From an uncultured Lachnospiraceae bacterium (GTDB lineage Bacteria; Bacillota; Clostridia; Lachnospirales; Lachnospiraceae): a stretch of 64,000 bases of DNA. Below the pieces are notes generated by a model. That model had not been told where the DNA came from and ran no database searches. It worked only from the letters and a program-made list of their open reading frames with translations. The stretch is taken from assembly GCA_944381635.1 (NCBI GenBank), contig CALWLY010000017.1, positions 15,026 through 79,025 of the forward strand, read 5' to 3'. A program made the translations under genes and the position numbers. This document shows, in pieces, positions 8,923 to 19,590 of this stretch (its first letter is position 1; every line of letters begins with the position of its first letter).

Positions 8923-11022
8923 ATGGCAGTAAAAATTCCTCAGATGTATGGAAGTCTTGTATTTAACGATAAGGTTATGCGGGATAAACTTCCGAAAGAT
9001 ATTTACAAAGCATTGAGAAAAACCATTGAAAATCATACGCATCTGGAGCTGGATGTGGCAAATTCCGTAGCGGTAGCCATGAAAGAATGGGCCGTGGAGA
9101 ATGGAGCGACTCATTATACGCACTGGTTCCAGCCTATGACAGGGTTTACCGCAGAGAAGCATGACAGTTTTATTACGCCTGTGGGAGATGGTCAGATCAT
9201 CATGGATTTTTCCGGCAAAGAGCTGGTGAAGGGGGAGCCGGATGCATCCAGTTTTCCTTCCGGAGGATTAAGAGCCACTTTTGAGGCCAGAGGCTATACT
9301 GCCTGGGATCCCACCTCTCCGGCCTTTATCAAGGACGGCACTCTTTATATTCCGACCGCTTTCTGTTCTTACAGCGGGGAAGCGCTGGATAAGAAGACGC
9401 CTCTTCTTCGTTCCATGGAAACGCTGGAAAAAGAAGCTGTAAAAATCCTTCACTTGCTGGGAAATACGCAGGTAAACGGAGTTTCTGCAACGATAGGAAG
9501 TGAACAGGAATATTTTCTTGTAGATAAAAAGCTTTTCGAACAGAGAAAAGACCTTATTTTTACAGGAAGGACGCTGCTTGGCGCCATGCCTCCCAAAGGG
9601 CAGGAAATGGAAGATCACTATTTTGGCACATTAAAACCAAGAGTTTCCGCATATATGCATGAGCTGGATGAAGAGCTGTGGAAGCTGGGAATTCCCGCCA
9701 AGACCAAACATAATGAAGTGGCGCCTGCACAGCATGAACTGGCGCCGGTATTTGATACGGCTAACATAGCGGCAGATCACAACCAGCTTACGATGGAAAT
9801 TATGAAAAAAGTTGCCGATAAGCATGGAATGGTATGTCTGCTGCACGAGAAGCCTTTTGAGGGTATTAACGGATCGGGAAAACATAATAACTGGTCACTG
9901 ATTACCAATACCGGTGTCAACCTGCTGGATCCCGGACGCACGCCTGCAGAGAATGCACAATTTCTTGTCTTTTTGATGGCAGTGATCAAAGCAGTGGATG
10001 AATATGCAGATCTGATGCGCATTTCCGTGGCAACGGCAGGAAATGACCATAGACTGGGAGCCAATGAAGCGCCTCCGGCCATTGTATCGATATTTTTGGG
10101 GGATGAACTGACAGCAGTTCTTCAGGCTATCGAAAATGACAGATTTTTTGACAGTCAGGAAAAAGTACAGATGGAAACCGGGGCCACAGTGCTTCCTCAC
10201 TTTTTTAAGGACAACACAGACAGAAACCGTACCTCACCTTTTGCTTTTACCGGAAACAAATTTGAGTTCCGTATGCCGGGTTCTTCTCTTTCCGTGGCAG
10301 GCCCCAACATTATTTTAAATACAGCAGTGGCGGAAGCACTCAGACAGTTTTATAAAGAACTGGAAGGAACCCCTCAGGATCAGATGCTGGACGCTGTGAA
10401 GGCTCTGGTAAAAAGAGCAGTGAAGAAACATAAAAAGGTGATTTTCAATGGAAACGGCTACACGGACGAATGGGTGAAAGAGGCGGAAAAGAGAGGCCTT
10501 TACAACTTAAAATCCACACCGGAAGCATTGCCTCATTTTGTGGATGAGAAAAACATCAGACTGTTTACGGATCATCATATTTTTACCAGAGAGGAAATTT
10601 TCTCCCGGTATGAGATTTGGCTGGAAAGTTACAGCAAGACTCTTCGCATTGAGGCTAAGACTTTGCAGTCCATGATAAGCGCACAGTTCCTTCCGACATT
10701 GACAGAATCTATGACAAAAATCTGCGCTTCCATCAAAGGAAAGAGGGAAACCATTGCCGGAATTTCCTGCGGTGCAGAAGAAAAACTGTTAAAAGATATG
10801 GCAGATTGCTATAACAAAATAACGGATGCAAAAGAAAAGCTGGCAGAGGATCTGCTTTCCGCCGGGAAGATCCAGGATAAAAAAGAGGAAGCTTTCTATT
10901 ATCACGATGTGATTTTGAAGGATATGGAGGATATTCGTAAAATTGCCGACAAAGCGGAGGAGAATATTCCGGAAAAACTGATGCCTTATCCGTCCTATGA
11001 AAAACTTCTGTTTTCTATCTGA
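8923..11022 (+). CDS. glnN: glutamine synthetase, type III
   Basis: About 699 aa. The N-terminus MAVKIPQMYGSLVFNDKVMRDKLPKD ... THYTHWFQPMTG matches the GSIII N-terminal domain, and a GS catalytic core follows (NGSGKHNNWS). The start at 8923 is 7 nt after AGGAG. I treat the ORF-track start at 8614 as leader read-through. Confidence 0.9.
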   Translation: MAVKIPQMYGSLVFNDKVMRDKLPKDIYKALRKTIENHTHLELDVANSVAVAMKEWAVENGATHYTHWFQPMTGFTAEKHDSFITPVGDGQIIMDFSGKELVKGEPDASSFPSGGLRATFEARGYTAWDPTSPAFIKDGTLYIPTAFCSYSGEALDKKTPLLRSMETLEKEAVKILHLLGNTQVNGVSATIGSEQEYFLVDKKLFEQRKDLIFTGRTLLGAMPPKGQEMEDHYFGTLKPRVSAYMHELDEELWKLGIPAKTKHNEVAPAQHELAPVFDTANIAADHNQLTMEIMKKVADKHGMVCLLHEKPFEGINGSGKHNNWSLITNTGVNLLDPGRTPAENAQFLVFLMAVIKAVDEYADLMRISVATAGNDHRLGANEAPPAIVSIFLGDELTAVLQAIENDRFFDSQEKVQMETGATVLPHFFKDNTDRNRTSPFAFTGNKFEFRMPGSSLSVAGPNIILNTAVAEALRQFYKELEGTPQDQMLDAVKALVKRAVKKHKKVIFNGNGYTDEWVKEAEKRGLYNLKSTPEALPHFVDEKNIRLFTDHHIFTREEIFSRYEIWLESYSKTLRIEAKTLQSMISAQFLPTLTESMTKICASIKGKRETIAGISCGAEEKLLKDMADCYNKITDAKEKLAEDLLSAGKIQDKKEEAFYYHDVILKDMEDIRKIADKAEENIPEKLMPYPSYEKLLFSI

Positions 11023-11058
11023 ACAGCCAGGGAAAATTGATCAGCAGGGAGGAAAATT

Positions 11059-12885
11059 ATGTGTGGAATCACAGGATACATTGGAAGTATGCAGGCCGCT
11101 CCGGTGATTTTAGAAGGGCTTTCCAGGCTGGAATACCGAGGGTATGACTCTGCCGGAATAGCCGTCTTTGACGGTGAAAAAATCCGGATGGAAAAGGCTG
11201 CAGGCAGGCTGAAAGTATTGGAGGAACTGACAGATCACGGCAAAAATATGCCGGGAACCTGCGGTATTGGGCATACCCGGTGGGCTACTCATGGATGCCC
11301 TTCGGATATAAACGCACATCCCCATATGAATGAGGAGAATACCATAGCGGTAGTTCACAACGGAATCATTGAAAATTATGACATTTTAAAACAACGGCTG
11401 CTCAAAAAGGGCTATCACTTTTCTTCCGATACAGACACAGAAGTGCTGGTACATATGCTGACCGAATATTATCGGGGAAATCCGGTGGAGGCAATTGAAA
11501 AGGTGATGCACCGTGTGGAGGGTTCCTATGCTCTTGGCATTATGTTTAAAAATCATCCCCATCATATATACGCAGCCAGAAAGGACAGTCCCCTTATTAT
11601 CGGATTCAGCGATACGGGAAAGTATATCGCTTCCGATGTTCCGGCTGTTTTAAATCAGACAAGAAATGTTTATTATATGGAAAATGAGGAAATAGCCTGC
11701 CTTTCCTATGAGCATATCCGCTTTTTTAATATGGACAGCGAGCCTGTGGAGAAAACACCGGTGACGGTGGATTGGGATATTGATGCAGCGGAAAAAGGCG
11801 GTTACGAGCATTTCATGTTAAAGGAGATTTATGAACAGCCAAAGGCTTTCAGAGATACCATTTCTCCTCGTATTAAAAATGGGGAAATTGTGCTTGATGA
11901 ACTTAACATGAGTGATGAAGAACTGAGAAAAATACGGAAAATCTTCCTTGTGGCCTGTGGTTCCGCTTACCATACCGGGGCAGCGGCAAAATATATCATA
12001 GAACGCTTGGCAGGAATCTCTGCAGAAGCCGATCTGGCCAGCGAATTCCGCTATCGGGAGCCTGTCTATGAAGAAGACTCCATGGTTGTTATTGTCAGTC
12101 AGTCCGGGGAAACTGCAGATTCTTTGGCAGCGTTAAGGGATGCGAAGGCTCATGGATGCAGGGTGATAGCTATCGTGAACGTGGTGGGCAGTTCCATTGC
12201 AAGAGAAGCGGATGCGGTTCTTTACACATGGGCAGGGCCGGAGATTTCCGTGGCAACTACCAAAGCTTACAGCTGCCAGTTGGGCGTACTGTATCTGCTT
12301 GCTTTAAAGCTTGCCGGTGTAAGAGGCCGTCTTGCAAAGGAGCAGGAGAAAAAAATGCTGGATGCTCTGTGCAGGCTGCCTGAACAGATGGAGGAAATCT
12401 TAAAAAATAAAGAAAAGATTCAATACTTTGCCAATCATTACCTGGCTACAGAACACATTTTTTTCATGGGAAGAGGTATCGATTATGCCATTTCCATGGA
12501 AGCTTCTCTGAAACTGAAAGAGATTTCCTATATCCATTCCGAAGCGTATGCCGCCGGGGAACTGAAGCATGGGACAATTTCCCTGGTGGAACCGGGAACC
12601 CTGGTGGCAGCAGTGGCCACACAGGATAGACTTTATGCCAAAACGGTCAGCAATATTGTGGAAGTAAAGACACGAGGGGCTTTTGTGCTGGCACTCACAA
12701 CATGGAAACATAAGGAAATGGAAAAAGAGGCGGATTATGTAATCTTTATTCCGGAAACAGAGGATGTGTTTATGGCGTCTTTGGCAATTCTTCCTCTGCA
12801 GCTGTTTGCCTACTACGTATCGGTCGGAAGAGGACTGGACGTAGATAAACCGAGGAATCTGGCAAAATCTGTGACTGTGGAGTAA
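11059..12885 (+). CDS. glmS: glutamine--fructose-6-phosphate aminotransferase
   Basis: MCGITGYIG N-terminal nucleophile, two SIS domains and C-terminal KSVTVE. It starts only 36 nt after the GSIII stop. Confidence 0.96.
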   Translation: MCGITGYIGSMQAAPVILEGLSRLEYRGYDSAGIAVFDGEKIRMEKAAGRLKVLEELTDHGKNMPGTCGIGHTRWATHGCPSDINAHPHMNEENTIAVVHNGIIENYDILKQRLLKKGYHFSSDTDTEVLVHMLTEYYRGNPVEAIEKVMHRVEGSYALGIMFKNHPHHIYAARKDSPLIIGFSDTGKYIASDVPAVLNQTRNVYYMENEEIACLSYEHIRFFNMDSEPVEKTPVTVDWDIDAAEKGGYEHFMLKEIYEQPKAFRDTISPRIKNGEIVLDELNMSDEELRKIRKIFLVACGSAYHTGAAAKYIIERLAGISAEADLASEFRYREPVYEEDSMVVIVSQSGETADSLAALRDAKAHGCRVIAIVNVVGSSIAREADAVLYTWAGPEISVATTKAYSCQLGVLYLLALKLAGVRGRLAKEQEKKMLDALCRLPEQMEEILKNKEKIQYFANHYLATEHIFFMGRGIDYAISMEASLKLKEISYIHSEAYAAGELKHGTISLVEPGTLVAAVATQDRLYAKTVSNIVEVKTRGAFVLALTTWKHKEMEKEADYVIFIPETEDVFMASLAILPLQLFAYYVSVGRGLDVDKPRNLAKSVTVE

Positions 12886-12918
12886 TCCTGCATTGAAACG
12901 GCTTTTCAGAGACAGAGA

Positions 12919-12954
12919 TTGTCACGTTTTAAGGTTTTGTTTAAAATGTGACAA
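12919..12954. promoter_or_regulatory. inverted repeat TTGTCACGTTTTAA-N8-TTAAAATGTGACAA upstream of hcp (candidate operator)
   Basis: The 14-nt arms match at 13 of 14 positions. It sits about 125 nt upstream of the hcp start. An extended -10 (TGtTAGAAT) lies about 30 nt downstream. Confidence 0.3.
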
Positions 12955-13079
12955 ATGCAACAAAACGAAACATTCATCCATGTTAGAATCCTTTCATGTA
13001 AAGCACTTCGGCATGAAAAATGCCGCAGGAAAAAGTGAAATCCACCGGGTACGGTGGGAAAAATGAAAGGAGATTTCAG

Positions 13080-14738
13080 ATGGAAAATAAAATTCAGAAT
13101 CAGCCGGAAATGTTTTGCTTTCAGTGTCAGGAGACTGCAGGCTGCCGCGGCTGCACTCACGCAGGTGTATGCGGCAAAACTGCGCGCACTGCCAGGCTTC
13201 AGGATATGCTTCTTTATGTGACAAAAGGACTTTCACAGATTACTGCATCTATGAGAGAGGAAGGAAAAGAAATTCCCGACAGCATTAACGACAGAGTGAC
13301 AGAGAATTTGTTTGTCACGATTACCAATGCAAATTTTGACGACGAAAAGATTACAGAGCTTATTTTCCGGACTATGGATGAAGCAGTTTGGTTGAAAACT
13401 CAGTGCGGATGTGGAAAAGTTTTCGGCCCGGCGGCGGAGTATGTGGAAAAGGACCCTGAGAAATTGCTTGAAAAGGCAGGAGAGATAGGAATATTGTCCA
13501 CGGAAAATGAAGACATCAGAAGTTTGCGGGAGCTGATTACCTATGGTCTTAAAGGAATGGCCGCCTATCTAAAGCATGCTAACGCTCTTGGAAAGGACAG
13601 CAAAGAGATTCATGCCTTTTTACAGTCTGCACTTGCGGCAACTCTTGACGATACGCTTGGTGCGGATCAGCTTGTGGCATTGGCATTGGAAACCGGAAAA
13701 TACGGAGTAGATGTCATGGCGCTTTTGGATGAGGCCAATACTTCGCGCTTTGGAAATCCTGAGATCACAAAGGTAAACATCGGTGTGCGCAAAAATCCGG
13801 GTATTCTTATTTCCGGACATGACTTAAACGATTTGGAAATGCTTTTAAAACAGACAGAAGGAACGGGCGTGGATGTGTACACTCATTCGGAAATGCTTCC
13901 CGCACACTATTATCCGGCATTTAAAAAGTACAGTCATTTTGCAGGAAATTATGGAAATGCATGGTGGAAGCAAACAGAAGAATTTGAATCCTTCAACGGT
14001 CCCGTGCTTCTTACCACCAATTGTCTGGTGCCTCCGAAAGCGTCCTATAAAGACCGCGTATACACGACCGGAGCCGCAGGTTTTCCGGGCTGTAAGCACA
14101 TTTCGGCGGGAATCGGGGAAGAGAAAGATTTCAGTGAATTGATTGCCCATGCAAAAAGATGTCAGCCGCCTAAAGAAATTGAAACAGGAGAAATCATAGG
14201 CGGATTTGCGCATAATCAGGTTCTGGCTTTGGCAGACAAGATTGTGGAAGCCGTCAAGAGCGGGGCGATCCGTCGGTTCGTAGTGATGGCCGGCTGCGAC
14301 GGAAGAAGCAAATCCAGAGATTATTACACAGAATTCGCGAAAGCTTTGCCGAAAGATACGGTCATCCTGACAGCAGGCTGTGCAAAGTATAAATATAACA
14401 AACTTAATCTGGGTGATATCGGAGGAATTCCCAGAGTGCTGGATGCGGGACAGTGCAACGATTCCTATTCTCTGGCAGTGATTGCGCTGAAACTAAAGGA
14501 AGTATTCGGTCTTTCTGATATCAATGAGCTTCCGATAGTTTATAACATTGCCTGGTATGAGCAGAAGGCGGTTATTGTTCTGCTTGCCCTTTTGCATCTG
14601 GGTGTGAAAAACATTCACCTTGGCCCTACGCTCCCTGCCTTTTTATCCCCCAATGTGGCAAAAGTGCTGACAGAAAACTTTGGAATTTCCGGCATTACCA
14701 CGGTAGAAAAAGATATGGAACTATTTTTTCAGTCATGA
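13080..14738 (+). CDS. hcp: hydroxylamine reductase / hybrid-cluster protein
   Basis: N-terminal [21 protein letters not shown] cysteine motif and about 552 aa. The start MENKIQ at 13080 follows AAAGGAGA. Confidence 0.92.
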   Translation: MENKIQNQPEMFCFQCQETAGCRGCTHAGVCGKTARTARLQDMLLYVTKGLSQITASMREEGKEIPDSINDRVTENLFVTITNANFDDEKITELIFRTMDEAVWLKTQCGCGKVFGPAAEYVEKDPEKLLEKAGEIGILSTENEDIRSLRELITYGLKGMAAYLKHANALGKDSKEIHAFLQSALAATLDDTLGADQLVALALETGKYGVDVMALLDEANTSRFGNPEITKVNIGVRKNPGILISGHDLNDLEMLLKQTEGTGVDVYTHSEMLPAHYYPAFKKYSHFAGNYGNAWWKQTEEFESFNGPVLLTTNCLVPPKASYKDRVYTTGAAGFPGCKHISAGIGEEKDFSELIAHAKRCQPPKEIETGEIIGGFAHNQVLALADKIVEAVKSGAIRRFVVMAGCDGRSKSRDYYTEFAKALPKDTVILTAGCAKYKYNKLNLGDIGGIPRVLDAGQCNDSYSLAVIALKLKEVFGLSDINELPIVYNIAWYEQKAVIVLLALLHLGVKNIHLGPTLPAFLSPNVAKVLTENFGISGITTVEKDMELFFQS

Positions 14739-15706
14739 ATTTCTGCTTCCCGATGCAGAAATTCGGAAGGGGTACAGGCGGTAAACTGTCGGAAAACCGA
14801 GGTGAAATAGCTGCTGGTATTAAAGGACAGTTCCATGGCCGTATCGGTGATGGAGCTGCCGGAGAGCAGCAGTCGCTTGGCTTCCTCAATTTTTTGCTGG
14901 TTGATATAAAGGCGCGGCGATATGCCAAGCTGTTTCTTAAATTTCTGCTTGAACTGAGAGAGAGAAAGGCCGCTGAATGAGGCGATTTTTTCCAGCTCAA
15001 GCTCCTCGCGTATATGAAAATGAATATAGGAAAGGGCCGCTTCCATATCGGCAGTTATGGGAGCGGTTCTTTTTTCGTCGGAATCCGCAATCTGATAGAG
15101 AAGAGCGGACAGAAGGCTGGCAGCCATGCAGCGTCCCGAAGGGGTATCCTGGAGAATTGCCTGAAAAGCTCTGTTCAGGAAAAGAAAGCTTTTCTCGGAA
15201 TCAAAAGAAACGATACGAGTTCCGTTTTCGGTAAGCATGGAAAAAAGTATTTTTGCAGATTCCGAAGTCAGATAAAGGGGATTCTCACAGCAGGTTTCCA
15301 ACTGCAGCCAGTAAATTTTTCCGATGGAAAAAGGAAGCTTGTTGGTACTGTGTATCTCCCCGGGCGATGTGATAAGAATTTCGCCGGGACGCAGGGAATA
15401 GGAGCCTTTTTCGGTTTCAAAATGAAAGGAGCCTTCCAATATAAAGACAAACTCCGCCGCTTCTCTGTGAAAATGCTTCGGAATATCCGGAAAGGCGTGT
15501 ATATTGGTCTGAAAACCGAAGGTCCTAAGACCCGGAATCTGAATCTGTTTTTCTGTAAGCAGGATGCGGTGTCTTGTAAATTCATATTCATCCACGCAGT
15601 CTATGACGGTTTCCGGGAAAGCCGGGCCGTCACTTTTTTCTTTTTCAGGATAGCTTGGAATATGTCCCGGTATGATATAATAAGGTAAATCCTTTTTTTT
15701 CTCCAT
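14729..15706 (-). CDS. AraC family transcriptional regulator with cupin-like sensor domain
   Basis: Cupin-like N-terminal region ([15 protein letters not shown]) and a C-terminal AraC HTH ([34 protein letters not shown]). The start at MEKKKD is uncertain because the RBS is weak. The gene is divergent from the GH38 gene. Confidence 0.8.
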   Translation of the reverse strand: MEKKKDLPYYIIPGHIPSYPEKEKSDGPAFPETVIDCVDEYEFTRHRILLTEKQIQIPGLRTFGFQTNIHAFPDIPKHFHREAAEFVFILEGSFHFETEKGSYSLRPGEILITSPGEIHSTNKLPFSIGKIYWLQLETCCENPLYLTSESAKILFSMLTENGTRIVSFDSEKSFLFLNRAFQAILQDTPSGRCMAASLLSALLYQIADSDEKRTAPITADMEAALSYIHFHIREELELEKIASFSGLSLSQFKQKFKKQLGISPRLYINQQKIEEAKRLLLSGSSITDTAMELSFNTSSYFTSVFRQFTACTPSEFLHREAEIHD

Positions 15707-15858
15707 AAATAAATGGCTTGCTTTCAGGGTGAGACTATCAATTTTGTACGGGATACATAATTGATAGCAAATGAAATTGCTATATTGTAGGATACCAGAA
15801 GAAAAAGGAAAATGAAAGAATGACATAAAAATATTTCAAAAAACAAGGAGGAAACAAA

Positions 15859-18249
15859 ATGGGAAAACAGATCAAAGATGTGTACATCGTTCATCACTCC
15901 CATACAGACGTAGGATATACCGATTTGCAGGAGACGGTAATCTACAGTCAGATCCACAACATTAAGGCAGCAGTCAAAATCATCACAGAAGGAATCAAGA
16001 ACGGCACACCGGAAAAAGATTTCCGTTGGAACTGTGAGACTTACTATTGTGTAGAACGTTTCCTGGAAGCAGCCACAGAGGAAGAAAAAGAGCAGTTCTT
16101 TGAACTGGTGAAAAACGGAAACATCGGTATTTCCGCTACTTACTTAAACTTTAACGATCTGGCGGACTGCGAAGTGCTCGATGCCAGAACAAAAGAAATG
16201 AAAGAAATTTTTGCGGCTCACGGAATTGATATGAAGACGGCAATGAATGCGGACATCAACGGTATTTCTTTGGGACAGAGAGACGTTCTTATCCGCAACG
16301 GCATTGAATTTTTATACACAAATATCCACTGCCACCATGGCATGTATCCTCTCTATCAGAATCAGAAACCTTATTTCTGGGAGTCTGAGGACGGAAAACG
16401 CCTTCTGGTATGGAGCGGCGAACATTACAACCTGGGAAATGCACTGGGTATCGTATTTTCCAAGAATGTAAATTATGACATGGAAAATTACTTTGACCTG
16501 GATGCGTACAAAGAACCCCTGGAAAATCTTCATAAAAATTTGACCGAAAGCATTGAAGAATATGAGACAAGCGGTTATCCGTATGATTTCTATATTACCA
16601 GCGTATCCGGCGTTTTCAGTGATAATGCACCGGCAAACCCGGCAATTATTGCCACGGTAAATGCTTTCAACGAAGCTTACGGAGACGAAGTGAAGCTTCA
16701 TATGGTTTCCCTTCAGGAACTTTATGCAAATATCAAAGACAAAGTGCAGGATGCACCGGTATACCAGGGTGATCTGAATGACTGGTGGGCAAACGGTGTG
16801 GGAAGCACCCCCTATGTGGTAAAACACTACAAAGAGGCGCAGCGTTATAACCGTATCAGCGATAAACTGGAAAAGAAAACAGGCGTATCCAACCCGGCTT
16901 TAAAGAGAGTTGCCGAGGATAATCTGCTTTTGTACGCAGAACATACCTGGGGACATTCTTCTACAATCACAAACCCTTACGATACGATGGTAGTAAATCT
17001 GGATATCAGAAAAAACAGCTATGCTTCCAAAGCCCATGAAGCCGGAGCTATGAGAAAAAATGAGCAGTGCCATGCGATGGGTGATATTCTGCGCTATTAT
17101 AACTTAAGCGGAGAGGTAAAAGCAGTTTCCTTAAGCAGCCAAAAAGGTGTATATCCGGTAGAATTTTACGTGGAGACAATTTCTCTTCCCGGTGTAAAAA
17201 TTACAGATAAAAAGACAGGAGAGGAATGTAAAGTACAGCTTTCTCCTCATCCCAGAGGAGTACTGGTAAGCTTCCTGGCGGAGTTTGAGCCGGAAGAGGA
17301 AAAAACTTTCCTCTATGAACAGCAGCCTGCTCCTTCCGCAAAACCGTATACAAGAGCGGCTTATGTGGGAGTTGACAGAGTACGCGATATTGTCAACACT
17401 TACGACAGCGAAACCTATAAGCTTCCTTATCAGCTGGAAAATGAGTGGTTCTGCATCCGTTACGAAGTGGGAAAAGGCGTGGTTTCTTTCTACAATAAAA
17501 AATCCGGAACAGAAATGCTTCAGGACGGTGTTTCCACATTCTTTACACCGGTCTATGAAAGAACAGCCGCACGTGGCAATGTTTACGAAGAACGCCGCCT
17601 GCTGGGAAGAAATATCCGCGGTCTGCACGCAGAACAGTACCAGGCAGAATTAAAAGATGTGAAAATCTTAGAGCATGGTCCTGTTTTTGACAGCGTGGAA
17701 CTTATGTTTTCTCTGGAAGGAACTTACCACAGCAGCGTTGTGATTAAGATGTATCACAAACTGCCTAAGATTCTGTTTAAATATAAAGTGGCAAAAACGT
17801 TAAGCGAGGATATTGAAAGTCTGTTCCTGCCTCTGTGCTTAAATGTACCGGATTCTCAGATGTACATCCGCAAAGGCGGAGTAGCTATGCGTCCCGGTAT
17901 TGACCAGCTTCCCGGAACAAACATGGAATACTACATTGCCGATGAAGGTATCGTTTACCACAATGAAAAAGAAAGCATCCTGATCAACACGCTGGACACC
18001 TCTCTGATCTATCAGGGCGAAATGAAACATCATCCTGTTTTACTGTGTGACAACAAAGAGGAAAACAACAGCCGTCCGGTTTACAGCTGGATTATGAACA
18101 ATACCTGGGAAACAAACTTTAAAATGGATCTTTCCGGATTCTGTGAATTCTGCTACGAACTGGAATTGCAGGAAGGAAAAACGGTGGAAGAGGATTTTGT
18201 CCGCATGCAGGAAAATGACCTGGGTATGGTTACTTTCATGACAAAATAA
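15859..18249 (+). CDS. glycoside hydrolase family 38-like protein (alpha-mannosidase-like)
   Basis: N-terminal VHHSHTDVGYT motif typical of the GH38 catalytic domain. About 796 aa with no signal peptide. RBS is AAGGAGGAA. Confidence 0.7.
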   Translation: MGKQIKDVYIVHHSHTDVGYTDLQETVIYSQIHNIKAAVKIITEGIKNGTPEKDFRWNCETYYCVERFLEAATEEEKEQFFELVKNGNIGISATYLNFNDLADCEVLDARTKEMKEIFAAHGIDMKTAMNADINGISLGQRDVLIRNGIEFLYTNIHCHHGMYPLYQNQKPYFWESEDGKRLLVWSGEHYNLGNALGIVFSKNVNYDMENYFDLDAYKEPLENLHKNLTESIEEYETSGYPYDFYITSVSGVFSDNAPANPAIIATVNAFNEAYGDEVKLHMVSLQELYANIKDKVQDAPVYQGDLNDWWANGVGSTPYVVKHYKEAQRYNRISDKLEKKTGVSNPALKRVAEDNLLLYAEHTWGHSSTITNPYDTMVVNLDIRKNSYASKAHEAGAMRKNEQCHAMGDILRYYNLSGEVKAVSLSSQKGVYPVEFYVETISLPGVKITDKKTGEECKVQLSPHPRGVLVSFLAEFEPEEEKTFLYEQQPAPSAKPYTRAAYVGVDRVRDIVNTYDSETYKLPYQLENEWFCIRYEVGKGVVSFYNKKSGTEMLQDGVSTFFTPVYERTAARGNVYEERRLLGRNIRGLHAEQYQAELKDVKILEHGPVFDSVELMFSLEGTYHSSVVIKMYHKLPKILFKYKVAKTLSEDIESLFLPLCLNVPDSQMYIRKGGVAMRPGIDQLPGTNMEYYIADEGIVYHNEKESILINTLDTSLIYQGEMKHHPVLLCDNKEENNSRPVYSWIMNNTWETNFKMDLSGFCEFCYELELQEGKTVEEDFVRMQENDLGMVTFMTK

Positions 18250-18312
18250 ATCAACAGCACCATTTTATGGGGCGTCAGATGAGCGTTAGGGGAAACAGAG
18301 ATTTTTTCTGAC

Positions 18313-18366
18313 AAAAAAGTCGGGACACTGCGAAAATCAGCAAGATTCGCAGTGTCCCGTTTTTTA
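18313..18366. terminator. bidirectional intrinsic terminator
   Basis: 14-bp stem CGGGACACTGCGAA / TTCGCAGTGTCCCG flanked by an A-run and a T-run. It lies between convergent genes. Confidence 0.85.
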
Positions 18367-18430
18367 TGCTTTGTGCACAAAAAAGAGATTGGCTTCTGCG
18401 CACAGAGTATGAAAATGGTTTTGCTTATAT

Positions 18431-19300
18431 TTACTCTACAATCGTAAAGGTGCCGTCCGCATGCATGTCATAAGTAGTATCTCCGATTGTTACAAGACCT
18501 GTCTGCACGGCGCCGGTTTCTAAATCAAGGAAGAAAATCTGGTCACCGGTCTGAATGAATCCTTTTACAAGAGTGCCGTCCTGATTGCGGAAATAAATGC
18601 TGCCGTTTTCCTCGAACCAACCGTAGGAGACAGGAACCTTTTCCGTCTCATTTTCAGGACCAGAGACTGCAGTGTTGTCTGAAGTCTGGCTTTCTTCATC
18701 TGCATCGGGAGCAAAGAGAACGATTCTGTTTGCTACAGAAGCAGCGTCAGACCATACAAGGCAGGTGCGGCCTTCTGTGAGATTCTCCAGATATACCATG
18801 TTTCTGGTCAGATAAGGGATAATAATACAGTCTTTGGGAACCGTAAACTCCAGACCGTCCACGCTTGTCAGCAGATAGTTTTCGCCCTGATCTTCCAAAG
18901 ATTTTACGGTAATGTAATCAGGAACCTTATAGTCTGCAGGAATGTCTGTAAGAACCATGGGAGAAGTAGTCTGCGGAGGAAGACTCATTGTCATGATCGG
19001 ACCTACGTATGCGTAAGCAATTTCGCCGGGAGTGATGCTGTCCATACTTACAGGAAAACCATTTACAGCGTCCAGAATTTTTGTATCCTCAGACACATGA
19101 ATAATGATTTCGCCCGGAGTGCACTGGGGGCTTAAGTTGTTGTAAAGAAGAGTATCCTCATCCATCATGGCAATATTTCCCCAGGTTTTGTAAGGGGAAA
19201 GAGTAGTTTCCGGAGCAGCCTGCGCGGCCAGAGAACTTCCGGTAAAGACAATAGCAGCAGCGCACGCTGCCACTGCGGTTTTCTGAAACATTTTTTTCAT
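18431..19300 (-). CDS. secreted protein with C-terminal cell-wall-binding-like repeats
   Basis: Signal peptide MKKMFQKTAVAACAAAIVFTGSSLAAQA. The C-terminus GWFEENGSIYFRNQDGTLVKGFIQTGDQIFFLDLETGAVQTG resembles CW_binding_1 repeats. The start at 19300 follows AGGAGG. Confidence 0.6.
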   Translation of the reverse strand: MKKMFQKTAVAACAAAIVFTGSSLAAQAAPETTLSPYKTWGNIAMMDEDTLLYNNLSPQCTPGEIIIHVSEDTKILDAVNGFPVSMDSITPGEIAYAYVGPIMTMSLPPQTTSPMVLTDIPADYKVPDYITVKSLEDQGENYLLTSVDGLEFTVPKDCIIIPYLTRNMVYLENLTEGRTCLVWSDAASVANRIVLFAPDADEESQTSDNTAVSGPENETEKVPVSYGWFEENGSIYFRNQDGTLVKGFIQTGDQIFFLDLETGAVQTGLVTIGDTTYDMHADGTFTIVE

Positions 19301-19590
19301 TAGAAATACCTCCTGATAAAAATAAATCACGATGCAAAAAAGTCCGGTGCAGAATCATGATGTCCGCATCAGACGGACTTTTACTCTAAATTTACTATAA
19401 CAAAAAATATTAAAAATGAACAGAAACAGAAAATAAATCTTTTCTTAATTTTTTTTCGTATCCTTTTTTAACGAAGAATGAGCAGGGCAAATTCCTTTTT
19501 GAAAGAACTGTCCCTGCTCATTTTTTATCCTCTAAGTTTATCTTTTAACTTTTAATTTATAAGAGAGATTTTGTGACCCGTTTGAATCTG

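Noticed and set aside
12895-12907. GAAACGGCTTTTC after glmS as a fifth member of the AAMGGC hairpin family
   Set aside because: The flanks do not form the 5-bp stem with a closing C-G pair around an AACGGC hexaloop, and no overlapping terminator follows.
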